Assembly: GCA_963747235.1 (NCBI GenBank)
Contig: CAVVEU010000020.1
Location: forward strand, 64,001-128,000
Reading direction: 5' to 3'
DNA length: 64,000 nucleotides
Source: an uncultured Candidatus Rokubacteria bacterium
GTDB taxonomy: Bacteria > Methylomirabilota > Methylomirabilia > Rokubacteriales > CSP1-6
The notes below the pieces were generated by a model. That model searched no databases. It had not been told where the DNA came from and worked only from the letters and a program-made list of their open reading frames with translations. The position numbers were made by a program, and so were the translations under genes. Below are positions 1 to 12,084 of the stretch, in pieces. The number at the start of each line of letters is the position of its first letter. The stretch's first letter is position 1.

Positions 1-195
1 GACGCGCTTGACGAAGGCGCCCGCCGCGGCCGCGCCCAGGTCCGCCGCGATCAGGGTCTCCTCGAGCTCTTCCAGCATCGCCTCGTCGACCGGACGGGCG
101 ATGGCGAGGATGGCGCCCAGCCCCTCGTCCATCAGCTCGCGGGTGCGCCGCAGTCCCTGCCGGACGCGCTCCCCGAGGGAGCCGAACAGGCTCAC
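1..195 (-). CDS. ftsY: Signal recognition particle receptor FtsY, N-terminal part (runs off window)
   Basis: Manual translation from GTG at 195 gives MSLFGSLGERVRQGLRRTRELM...MLEELEETLIAADLG, typical of the FtsY N domain. It lies downstream of smc. Confidence 0.8.
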   Translation of the reverse strand, partial: MSLFGSLGERVRQGLRRTRELMDEGLGAILAIARPVDEAMLEELEETLIAADLGAAAAGAFVKRV

Positions 196-1080
196 GAGCC
201 GGAGGCCGGCGCCTGGGGGAGCTCGAGCCGCTGGATCACCGTCCCTTTCGGGCCGAGCGGCGGCAGGACCTTGCCGTTCAGGGCGACCTCGACCCCACCG
301 GCATTCCCGATGGTCACGAGGAAGCGGCGCTCGGCCGACCACTCCCGGCTGGCACCGGCGGGCAGGAGCTCTTCGGTGGCGCGGCCCTCGTCGGGCTGCA
401 CCCGGATCCAGGTCGCGTCCACCGCCCGGATCATGAGGCGCTGGGGGCCCGAGGCGCTCCGGGCCACGGCGGGCGCCGGGGGCGGAGCCGGAGCGGGCAT
501 GGCCGCGGGCGTGCTCGCCGGCGGGGTCGTCGCCGGCGGCGGAGCGGGTGCCGCGGCCGGCCGTGGCGTCTCGACCGGCGCGGGCGTCGGGGCCGCTATC
601 TTGGGATGTCGGAGCGGAGGGAGCCGGAGTGGGCTCCGGCAGCGAGGCCGAGACGTCCATTTTCGGTGCAGCGACTGAAGTTCCGCCCGTCCGCCTGACA
701 GTCAGGTTGATCACGATCAGCGCGATGCCCAGGATCACCAGCAGGGCCAGGCCGACCAGGACGGAGCTGGGGGCCCACGTGGTCCGGGGGCGCGGCGGCG
801 CGCTGGCCGCCTGGGCGGCCGCTCGCTCCCCCGCCAGGGCTTCGTAGTGGGCGAGCGCCTCGTCCGGGGCCTCCCGCAGGAAGCCGCAGTAGGCCCGGAT
901 GAAGCCGCGCACGAAGACCGGCGACGGCAGATCGGCCAGGCGCTCTTCCTCGAGGGCTTCCAGGTGGCGGATCCCCACCCGGGTGGAGCGCGCCATGTCC
1001 TCCAGCGAGCTGCCCTTGGCCTCGCGGAGCGCGCGGAGGTGACCGCCGAGCGAGGTCGCCGAGTTTTCCGCGGGCGTCAT
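192..1080 (-). CDS. rodZ: RodZ-like protein (HTH, TM segment, Pro/Ala linker, DUF4115-type C-terminus); one apparent frameshift
   Basis: N-terminus MTPAENSATSLGGHLRALREAKGSSLEDMARSTRV...LEALEEERLADLPSPVFVRGFIRAY. The C-terminus TWIRVQPD...VTIGNAGGVEVALNGK is in ORF 192..500, in a different frame. Confidence 0.75.
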
Positions 1081-1100
1081 GCCCAGTAGTGTAGCGCGGG

Positions 1101-4100
1101 TTACGCTTCGGTCAGCTTTACTGAGACGAGGCGGGAGAGGCCCGGCTCCTCCATGGTCACGCCATAGAGCACGTCGGCGGCCTCCATCGTCTTGCGGTTG
1201 TGCGTGATCACCACGAACTGGGTCTGGGTGCAGAGCTCGCGCAGCACCCGGAGGAACCGGTGGATGTTCGCGTCGTCGAGCGGCGCGTCCACCTCGTCGA
1301 GCACGCAGAACGGGCTCGGGCGGTGGTAGAAGATCGCGAAGAGCAGGGCCAGGCCGGTGAGGGCCTTCTCGCCCCCGGACATCAGCGTGACGGCCTGCAG
1401 GCGCTTGCCCCGGGGCTGGGCCATGAGCTCCACGCCGAGCTCCAGCGGGTCTTCCTCGCCCTCCTCGGGCGGCACCATGCGCAGCTCGGCGCGCCCGCCC
1501 TCGAAGAGCCGGGAGAAGATGTCGCTGAAGTGCCGGCTGATGTCGTCGAAGGCTTCCTGGAACCGCTCCTGGGCGGTGCGGGTCATCCCGCGCAGGGCCT
1601 TCTCGAGATCCTTGATGGACCCGACCACGTCGTCGTGCTGGGTGCGGAGGAAGTCCAGGCGCTCGGTCAGCTCGCGGAATTCCTCGTCCGCCACCAGGTT
1701 GACCGGGCCCATGGCCTCGAGCTTGCCGGTCAGCTCCTCGTGCCGCTGCCGGACCTCCTCGAGGTCGCGCGCCACGTCGTGGGCGGCCAGCAGCGCCTCC
1801 ACGGTCTCGATGGCGTGGCGCCGCCGCGCTTCCTGCACCAGCTCCTCGCGACGCACGCGGCCTTCCGTCTCGGTCAGGTCGAGCTGATGGAGCCGGCTGA
1901 CGAGGCCGTTCAGATGCTGCTGCACCTCGCGCAGGTCGGTCTCGATCGCCTGGCGCTCGTCGAGCTGACGCTGGTGCTCCTCCGCGATGACCGCGACCTC
2001 GGCCTCGAGCCGGTCGCGCTCGGCCACCGCGTCCCGGGCCTGCGCGTCCGTGCGCTCGCGCTCCGTGGCCAGGTCCCCGCGGCGCTCGGCGGTCTGCGCT
2101 CGGCGCGCCACCGACTGCTGTTGCTGGAGGCCGAAGTCCTGCTCGAGCCCGAGGATGCGCTCGATGTCGCGCCCCAGGGCCTCCACCCGCTCGGCCACCG
2201 TGGCCAGGTCGACGCGGCAGACCGTGAGCCGCTCGGTGAGCCCGGCCTCGTCACCCTGCCCGCTCTCGAGAAGGGCCTGGAGCGCGGTCAGGTCCCCGCC
2301 GAGGCGGGCCTCCTGCTCCGAGGCGGCCACCAGCGCACTCTCCAGCTCGACGAGCTGGCTCGCGGTTTCCTCGCCCTCGCCCGCGAGCTGTAGGCTCTCG
2401 GCGGTCAGCGTCTCCAGGTGGCGCGTGACCCGGTCCGCCTCGCGCAGCACGGACTCGAGGTCCTTCGCGCCCGAGACGCGCGCGGTCTCCTGCGCCTGGT
2501 AGTTGGACTGGAGTCCTTCCAGCCGGGCCCGCAGGCCGGTGACCTCGCCCTCGATCGCCTCCGCCCGCGCCCCGGCCGCGGCCACCTCACGCTCGAGGCC
2601 CGCGATCTCCTCACCGAGCTGGCGGATGGCCCGCTTGCGCCCGAGGAGGGAGTGATCGTTACTCTGCCGCTCGCTGTCGCGATGGCCGCCGGTGAGCCGC
2701 CCGATCGGCGACAGCACCTCGCCCGAGCGCGTGACGTAGGTGGCGAGCACCCCGTTCCGCCGCCAGAGTGTCTCGGCCTGGTCGAGATGGGAGACGATGC
2801 CCACGCGGCCGAGCAGGTAGTGCAGCAGGGCCGGGCGGGGGCCGCCCACCAGGCGCGCCGCCCAGCTCACCTCCCCCGAGTCATCGGGCAGCGCCGCCGC
2901 GGCCGGCAGCGTCTCGAGCGGCAGCAGGGTCGCCGCGCCCGCGCCCTCGCGCTCCAGGTATCCGAGCGCGGCGCGCGCGTGCTCGAAGCGCTCCACCACG
3001 ACCCATTGCAGGCGATCGCCGAGCACGGCTTCCACCGCCGCCTCGAGGCCGTTCGGGACTTCCAGGAGGTCGGCCACGGTGCCGACCACGCCGCCCAGGT
3101 CGCCGGCGCCGGGGCGCGCGAACATCGCCCGCACGCCCGCGCCGTAGCCCTCGCGCTCCCGCTCCAGGCGCTCGAGCGCTTCGAGCGCCGACTGCCGCGC
3201 GGCCAGCTTCACGCGCAGGCCGGCGGCCGTCTCCTGCGCCTCGGCGCGCGCGGCCTCGCGATCCCGTCGCGCCGCCTCGATCTCCTGCAGCTCCGTGCTC
3301 AGCAGCGAGAGCTGGGCGCCGGCGCGCTGGCTCGCAGCCTCGAGCCGCAGCCGCGTGGTGGCGAGCGTGCCGGCCTCCGCGCGGGCGGCCGCCAGCTCCA
3401 TGGCGAGGCGCTCGGCGCGGCGATCCACCTGGGCCCGCCGCTCGCGGAGCTCGCCACCCGAGCGCGTGAGCTCGGCCCGGGCGCCCGCGACCCGGATCTG
3501 CTCCAGCCGCAGGGCCTCGAAGCGCTCGCGGCGCTCGCTGAGCGCGCTCCGGCAGGCCTCGATCTGCGCCTCCACCTGCCGCACCTCGCCGTCCTGCTCG
3601 ATGTGGCGCCGGCGGGCCTCCTCGAGGCCGCGGTCCTTGTCCTGGCGCTCGGTGGCCAGGGCGATCCGCCGCTCGGCCAGGCCGCGGATCTCCTCCTCGA
3701 GGCGCCGCTCCTCCGCGACCAGGTCCTGGATCTGGAGGCCCATCTGCTCGCGCCGCTCCAGGAGGCGCTCGGCTTCGCCCTGGATCTTCTGCACGGACTG
3801 GCGCAGGTCGCCCAGCCGGTACTCGGTGTCCTGGATGGCGGCGGCCTGCAGGGCCTGGCGGCCGGTCAGGGTGGCGATCCGGGCGCGCTGCTGCTCCTCG
3901 GCCTCGCGCAGCGACTCCATCTCGCGCGTGACCGCCTCGTGCTGCGCGGCGCGCGCCGCGTAGTCCGCCGCGAGGAGGGCCAGGTCGAGCCCCTGCCGCT
4001 CGGCCTGGAGCACCTTGTACTGCTGCGCCTTCCGCGCCTGGCGCTCGATCGAGGAGAGCTGGCGGCGCACCTCCTCCATGACGTCTCGGAGGCGCTGGAG

Positions 4101-4658
4101 GTTCAGACGGGTCGCGTCGAGCTTGCCCTGGGTCTCGGAGCGCTGCTGCTTGTAGCGCGCGATGCCCGCCGCTTCCTCGATGAACATGCGACGCTCCCAC
4201 GGCTTGGCGGTCAGCACGTGGTTGAGCCGCTCCTGGTCCATGAGGGCGTAGGCCTTCGGGTTCACCCCGGTGCCCGCGAAGAGGTCCTGGATGTCGCGCA
4301 GCCGGCACACGTTGGTGTTGAGCAGGTACTCGCTCTCGCCGGTGCGGTAGAGGCGGCGGGCCACCGCCACCTCGCTCCACGGCACGTTGAGGCCCCCGTC
4401 GTTGTTGAAGACGAGGTTGACCTCGGCCATCCCGACCATCTTCCGGGACGACGAGCCGTGGAAGATGACGTCTTCCATCTTGGCCCCGCGGAGCGTCTTG
4501 GGGCTCTGCTCGCCGAGGGCCCAGCGGATCGCGTCGGCCACGTTGGACTTGCCGCAGCCGTTCGGGCCGACGATGCAGGTGACGCCGGGGAAGACCTTCA
4601 CGTCGGTCTTCTCCGCGAACGACTTGAAGCCGTGGATCAGGATCGATTCGAGTCGCAT
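1101..4658 (-). CDS. smc: Chromosome segregation protein SMC
   Basis: GFKSF, Walker A GPNGCGKSN, long coiled coils with hinge, MSGGEKAL signature, LDEVDAPLD Walker B/D-loop. Confidence 0.97.
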   Translation of the reverse strand: MRLESILIHGFKSFAEKTDVKVFPGVTCIVGPNGCGKSNVADAIRWALGEQSPKTLRGAKMEDVIFHGSSSRKMVGMAEVNLVFNNDGGLNVPWSEVAVARRLYRTGESEYLLNTNVCRLRDIQDLFAGTGVNPKAYALMDQERLNHVLTAKPWERRMFIEEAAGIARYKQQRSETQGKLDATRLNLQRLRDVMEEVRRQLSSIERQARKAQQYKVLQAERQGLDLALLAADYAARAAQHEAVTREMESLREAEEQQRARIATLTGRQALQAAAIQDTEYRLGDLRQSVQKIQGEAERLLERREQMGLQIQDLVAEERRLEEEIRGLAERRIALATERQDKDRGLEEARRRHIEQDGEVRQVEAQIEACRSALSERRERFEALRLEQIRVAGARAELTRSGGELRERRAQVDRRAERLAMELAAARAEAGTLATTRLRLEAASQRAGAQLSLLSTELQEIEAARRDREAARAEAQETAAGLRVKLAARQSALEALERLEREREGYGAGVRAMFARPGAGDLGGVVGTVADLLEVPNGLEAAVEAVLGDRLQWVVVERFEHARAALGYLEREGAGAATLLPLETLPAAAALPDDSGEVSWAARLVGGPRPALLHYLLGRVGIVSHLDQAETLWRRNGVLATYVTRSGEVLSPIGRLTGGHRDSERQSNDHSLLGRKRAIRQLGEEIAGLEREVAAAGARAEAIEGEVTGLRARLEGLQSNYQAQETARVSGAKDLESVLREADRVTRHLETLTAESLQLAGEGEETASQLVELESALVAASEQEARLGGDLTALQALLESGQGDEAGLTERLTVCRVDLATVAERVEALGRDIERILGLEQDFGLQQQQSVARRAQTAERRGDLATERERTDAQARDAVAERDRLEAEVAVIAEEHQRQLDERQAIETDLREVQQHLNGLVSRLHQLDLTETEGRVRREELVQEARRRHAIETVEALLAAHDVARDLEEVRQRHEELTGKLEAMGPVNLVADEEFRELTERLDFLRTQHDDVVGSIKDLEKALRGMTRTAQERFQEAFDDISRHFSDIFSRLFEGGRAELRMVPPEEGEEDPLELGVELMAQPRGKRLQAVTLMSGGEKALTGLALLFAIFYHRPSPFCVLDEVDAPLDDANIHRFLRVLRELCTQTQFVVITHNRKTMEAADVLYGVTMEEPGLSRLVSVKLTEA

Positions 4659-4787
4659 GTCGTCACGCCCGCGAGGGCGTGAATTCACTAATAACATGTG
4701 GTGGACGGATCAACCAAGAAAAAACCCCACCAGCGGGGGGCGGGGACGCGCTGCGGCACTAGATGTGGGCCGCGGCTCTGGCGGGGC

Positions 4788-7648
<2,861 letters not shown>

Positions 7649-7657
7649 GTCCGGGCC

Positions 7658-9373
7658 TCATCTTACACCACCCGCCGAGCCCCGCAGGAGCTCCCGGGCG
7701 TGACGGCGCGACGTTTCGGTGACCCGCTCGCCGCCCAGCATGCGCGCGACCTCGTCCACGCGGGCGGCGTCCCGGAGTGGGGTCACGGACGTGCGCGTGG
7801 CGCCGCGGGCGACCCGCTTCTCGACCAGTAGATGGTGCCCCGCGTAGGCCGCGATCGGGGCCAGGTGCGTCACGCAGAGCACCTGGCGGCCCGCCGCCGA
7901 GGCGCGGAGCTTCTGGCCGACGACGTCGGCCACGCGGCCGCCGATGCCCGCGTCGACCTCGTCGAAGACCAGCACCGGCACGTCGTCCGCCGCGGCGAGG
8001 ACCGTCTTGGCGGCCAGCATCACGCGCGAGAGCTCGCCGCCCGAGACGACCTTGGCGAGCGGCCGCAGGTCCTCGCCCGGGTTGGCCGAGAGCAGCAGCT
8101 CCGCGGTCTCGGCCCCGCGCGGCCCCACCCGCCAGCCCCCTTCGGCCGATGCGAGCTCGTCCGCCGCGGCTGCCTCGCGCCGCAGGGCCACGCGGAAGCG
8201 CCCGTGCTCCATGCCGAGCCCGCGGATCTCCTTCTGGATGAGGCGCTCGAGCTTCTCCGCGCCACGGGTGCGGGCCTCCGAGAGGGCGGCGGCCTCCGCG
8301 CCCGCGGCGGCCGCCGCCTCGGCCACCGCGCGGTCCATGTCCTCCGCGATCGCGTCGTGGCGCGTGATCCGATCCAGCGCCTCCGCCACCTCGTGCCGGT
8401 GGGCCAGGATGGCGGCCACCGAATCGCCGTACTTCCGCTTGAGCTTGACGATCGCGTCGAGCCGCGCGTCGATCTGCTCGAGCCGCTCGGGATCGAAGAC
8501 CGCGCGGTCCCGGAGGGCGCGCGCCCGGCCGACCACGTCCTCGACATAGGCCTGGGCGCCCTCGATCGCCTCGATGGGCGCAGCCGCTTCCGGCTCGTGG
8601 CGCGAGACGTCGCGCAGCAGCGCAGCCGCGCGCGCCAGCCGGGCCGCGGCCGACTGCGGGTCTTCGTAGAGCAGGCCGAGCGCCTCCTGCAATCCCGCCG
8701 CGATCCGCTCGGCGTGCTGGAGCCGCCCGCGCTCGGCCCGGAGCTCGTCCTCCTCCCCGTCCTTGAGCTGCAGCCCGTCGATCTCGGAGAGCTGGAAGCG
8801 GTAGAGGTCTTCCTGGCGGGCGCCCTCGCGCATTTCTTCGCGCAGGCGTAGCAGCGCCGCGCGCGCCTCTTCCCACCGCCGTACCAGCGCGCCCAGCCGC
8901 TCGCGGCGCTCGTCCGCCCCCGCGAAGCGATCCAGCAGCAGGAGCTGCCGCGCGGGTTCCAGCAGACGCTGGTGCTCGTGCTGGCCGTGAAGCTCCACCA
9001 GGAGCTCGCCCAGGCGCTCGAGCAGGCCCACGGTGGCGGGCGCGTCGTTCACGAAGGCGCGGTGTCGGCCGGTGCGCGCCAGCTCGCGCTTGATGACGAG
9101 CTCACCCTCGCCCGGGCGATGCCCGGCCTCGTCGAGTAGCGCGGCCACCGGGCCGCTGGGATCGATCTCGAAGACCGCGGAGACCATCGCGGTGTCGGCC
9201 CCGGTGCGGATCCAGTCGAGCTGGGCGCGGGCGCCGGTGAGGAGCAGGAGCGCGTCCACCACGATGGACTTGCCGGCGCCGGTCTCGCCGGTGAGTACGT
9301 TGAGGCCGGCGGCGAACGGCACCACCGCCTCTTCGACCACCGCGAGATTGCGAATCGACAGCTCGCGCAGCAT
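7658..9373 (-). CDS. recN: DNA repair protein RecN
   Basis: LTGETGAGKS, HGQHEHQ, SGGELSR, VFDEVDAGIGG, QVLCVTHLAPIA. Confidence 0.95.
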   Translation of the reverse strand: MLRELSIRNLAVVEEAVVPFAAGLNVLTGETGAGKSIVVDALLLLTGARAQLDWIRTGADTAMVSAVFEIDPSGPVAALLDEAGHRPGEGELVIKRELARTGRHRAFVNDAPATVGLLERLGELLVELHGQHEHQRLLEPARQLLLLDRFAGADERRERLGALVRRWEEARAALLRLREEMREGARQEDLYRFQLSEIDGLQLKDGEEDELRAERGRLQHAERIAAGLQEALGLLYEDPQSAAARLARAAALLRDVSRHEPEAAAPIEAIEGAQAYVEDVVGRARALRDRAVFDPERLEQIDARLDAIVKLKRKYGDSVAAILAHRHEVAEALDRITRHDAIAEDMDRAVAEAAAAAGAEAAALSEARTRGAEKLERLIQKEIRGLGMEHGRFRVALRREAAAADELASAEGGWRVGPRGAETAELLLSANPGEDLRPLAKVVSGGELSRVMLAAKTVLAAADDVPVLVFDEVDAGIGGRVADVVGQKLRASAAGRQVLCVTHLAPIAAYAGHHLLVEKRVARGATRTSVTPLRDAARVDEVARMLGGERVTETSRRHARELLRGSAGGVR

Positions 9374-9420
9374 CGTTGCGGCCATGCTACGGCCAACGCC
9401 GCGGGGCGCTCAACTGTATC

Positions 9421-10278
9421 TTATCGCTCGCCCCACTTGAGCTTCGTGCGGAGCACCGAGAAGAAGTTCTTCTGGGGTACGCGGAGGAGCCGGGTCCGGG
9501 CGGTGGCCCGGCGCACCTCGACGATGTCGTGCGCCTTGAGCGCGAAGCCGACCTGGCCGTCCAGGGTCAGCATGACGTCCTGGTCGGTGAGCAGGGTGAT
9601 CGAGATGCGCTGCGTGGCGGGCAGCACGATCGGCCGGTTGGTCAGGGTGTGCGAGCAGATCGGGGTGAGCACCACCGCGTCCATGGTCGGGAACACGATG
9701 GGGCCGCCCGCCGACAGGCAGTAGGCGGTGGAGCCGGTCGGGGTGGAGAGGATGAGCCCGTCCGCGCGGTAGCCGGTGGCGAAGACCCCGTCCACCGCCA
9801 CCTCGAGCCGGATGATGCGGCTCATGGCCGACTTGGTGATGACCACGTCGTTGAGGGCGGCGTACTCGCCGAGCCGCTCGCCCTGCCGGAACACGCGCGC
9901 CTCGAGCAGCATGCGCTCCTCGATGACCAGCTCGCCGCGCAGGTAGGACTCGAGCGCCGGGAACAGCTCGTCCACCGTGAGCGCGGTCAGGAAGCCGAGG
10001 CCGCCCAGGTTGACGCCCAGGATCGGCACGCCGAGGTCGCCCACCAGGCGGGCCATGCTGAGCAGGGTCCCGTCGCCGCCCAGGACGAGCAGGAGATCGG
10101 ACTGGGCCGGCAGCTCCGGCCGTCCCGCCATCGGTACCGTCGCCTCGGGGCAGAGCGCCGCCGTTTCCTTCTCGAGCACCGGCTGGATCCCGCGGTCCGC
10201 GCACCACTTGAGGAGCTGCGGCACCACCGTGCGGGCTTCCTCCCGGTCGGTCTTGGCGACGATACCCAGCCGCTTCAC
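9421..10278 (-). CDS. nadK: NAD(+) kinase
   Basis: GGDGT, GVNLGGLGFLT, LNDVVI, STPTGSTAYCLSAGGP. Confidence 0.95.
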   Translation of the reverse strand: MKRLGIVAKTDREEARTVVPQLLKWCADRGIQPVLEKETAALCPEATVPMAGRPELPAQSDLLLVLGGDGTLLSMARLVGDLGVPILGVNLGGLGFLTALTVDELFPALESYLRGELVIEERMLLEARVFRQGERLGEYAALNDVVITKSAMSRIIRLEVAVDGVFATGYRADGLILSTPTGSTAYCLSAGGPIVFPTMDAVVLTPICSHTLTNRPIVLPATQRISITLLTDQDVMLTLDGQVGFALKAHDIVEVRRATARTRLLRVPQKNFFSVLRTKLKWGER

Positions 10279-11189
10279 GGCACCGGCACCTCCTCCGCGG
10301 TGGTCTGGGTGATCAGCGTGTCCAGCTCGGAGAGGGTGCGGCCGGTCTTGGTCAGGAGGAGGAAGAACTCGCGGTTGCCCTTCGGGCCCTTGAGCGGTGA
10401 CGCGGTGACGCCGCGCACGTGCCAGCCGTGCAGCACCGCGAAGCGCGCCACCCGGGCGACCACCGCCCGGTGATGCGAGCTGTCCCGGACCACGCCGCCC
10501 TTGCCCACCTGCCCCTTGCCGACCTCGAACTGCGGTTTCACCAGCACGACCGCCTCGCCCTTCGAGGTGAGCACGTTGAACACCGACGGGAGCACCTTCT
10601 CGAGCGAGATGAACGAGATATCCACGGTGGCCAGATCGGGCGACTCGGGAAAGGAGTCGATCGGCAGGTTGCGCGCGTTGGTCTTCTCCATCACCACCAC
10701 CCGCCCGTCGGCGCGCAGCTTCGCGTCGAGCTGGCCCTGCCCGACGTCCACCGCGTAGACCTTCACCGCGCCCTGCTCCAGCAGGCAGTGGGTGAAGCCG
10801 CCGGTGGAGGCGCCCACGTCGATGGCCACGCGCCCGCGCGGCTCGATCGTGAAGGTGGCGAGCGCGTGCGCCAGCTTGTCGCCGCCGCGGCTCACGAAGC
10901 GCGGGCGCGCCGCCAGCTCGATGCGCGCGCCGGGCGCGACGAGCGCGCCGGCCTTGTCCACCCGCTGCCCGTCCACCATCACGTCGCCGGCCAGGATCAC
11001 CCGCGCCGCCTTCTCGCGTGATTCGAGGAGCCCGCGCTCCACCAGCGCGATGTCGAGGCGGACTTTTGTCTTCGCGCGAGCTTCGGCGGCTCGTTCGGGC
11101 ACGGCCGCCGTCTTTCCACGGACACTGGGCGCAGTCTTCCGTGGCGGGGCGGCCTTCGACAGGCCACGCTTCTTTGGGGACCTCTTCAC
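10275..11189 (-). CDS. tlyA: TlyA family rRNA 2'-O-methyltransferase
   Basis: S4 domain RLDIALVERGL, FVSRGGDKL, DVGASTGGFT, LVKPQFE, GPKGNREF. tlyA-nadK-recN synteny. Confidence 0.93.
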   Translation of the reverse strand: MKRSPKKRGLSKAAPPRKTAPSVRGKTAAVPERAAEARAKTKVRLDIALVERGLLESREKAARVILAGDVMVDGQRVDKAGALVAPGARIELAARPRFVSRGGDKLAHALATFTIEPRGRVAIDVGASTGGFTHCLLEQGAVKVYAVDVGQGQLDAKLRADGRVVVMEKTNARNLPIDSFPESPDLATVDISFISLEKVLPSVFNVLTSKGEAVVLVKPQFEVGKGQVGKGGVVRDSSHHRAVVARVARFAVLHGWHVRGVTASPLKGPKGNREFFLLLTKTGRTLSELDTLITQTTAEEVPVP

Positions 11190-11382
11190 GCCAGCTCCTT
11201 TCTTGAGCCGCCCGCGCCTCCGGCCAGGAGATGGCAGGGCGGACGATCGCAGAGAAAGACGGTGGACCGCTGCTGGTGAGGGAACGGCTCGACCGCGTTC
11301 ATGCGGGCTCCTAAGCCCAAGAGACCGTGCCAGAAATCACAGCGGTCACAATTATATAGCCGAACCCCCTCCGGGAACGAAT

Positions 11383-12078
11383 TCAGCGGACACTGGTGCC
11401 GGCCCGGGGTCGCAGCACGAAGAGCAGCCCCATGCCGGCCAGGAAGCCTCCGATGTGGGCAAAGAAGGCCACCCCGCCGCTGGCCCCGAAGCTGCCGAGC
11501 CCGTTGAGCACCTGGACCACGATCCAGAAGCCCAGCACGATCACGGCGGGGATCTTCACCAGGCGGAAGAAGAAGCCCAGGATGATCAGCGTGGTGACGT
11601 GGGCGTGCGGGAAGAGCACCAGGTAGGCGCCCAGGACCCCGGAGACCGCGCCGCTCGCGCCCACCATGGGCACCGGGGAGCCGGGGCCGATGGCGGTCTG
11701 GGCCAGCGCGGCCGCCACGCCCGAGGCCAGGTAGAAGATCAGGTAGCGGCCGTGGCCCAGGACGTCCTCGACGTTGTTCCCGAAGATCCACAGGTAGAGC
11801 ATGTTGCCCGCGATGTGGAAGAGCCCGCCGTGCATGAACATCGAGCTGAAGATGGTCAGGATCGGCGCCGGCAGGTCCAGGGCCCCCCGGCAGGCGCCGG
11901 TGAGCCGGCAGGGCACCAGCCCGAACTCCTCGATGAAGGCCTGCCCGGCCCGCGCGCCCTGCCCGTCGCCCACCTCCAGCGAGAACTGGTAGAGGAAGAC
12001 CAGCGCGTTGGCCAGGATCAGGCCGATGGTGACGATCGGGGTGCTGTGGGCGGGGTTGTCGTCCTTGAGGGGGAACAC
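11383..12078 (-). CDS. Rhomboid family intramembrane serine protease
   Basis: SMFMHGGLFHIAGNMLYLWIFG, GASGAVSG (catalytic Ser), AHIGGF (catalytic His). Confidence 0.92.
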   Translation of the reverse strand: MFPLKDDNPAHSTPIVTIGLILANALVFLYQFSLEVGDGQGARAGQAFIEEFGLVPCRLTGACRGALDLPAPILTIFSSMFMHGGLFHIAGNMLYLWIFGNNVEDVLGHGRYLIFYLASGVAAALAQTAIGPGSPVPMVGASGAVSGVLGAYLVLFPHAHVTTLIILGFFFRLVKIPAVIVLGFWIVVQVLNGLGSFGASGGVAFFAHIGGFLAGMGLLFVLRPRAGTSVR

Positions 12079-12084
12079 GGACCG

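Noticed and set aside
1-1080. RodZ-FtsY fusion (the RodZ N-terminal frame is the same as the ftsY frame)
   Set aside because: The RodZ C-terminal domain is in another frame with its own stop overlapping the ftsY GTG. A single indel explains it.
11315-11333. Sigma-54 promoter upstream of tlyA (minus strand TGGCACGGTCTCTTGG)
   Set aside because: The -24 element is good but there is no GC at the required -12 spacing.
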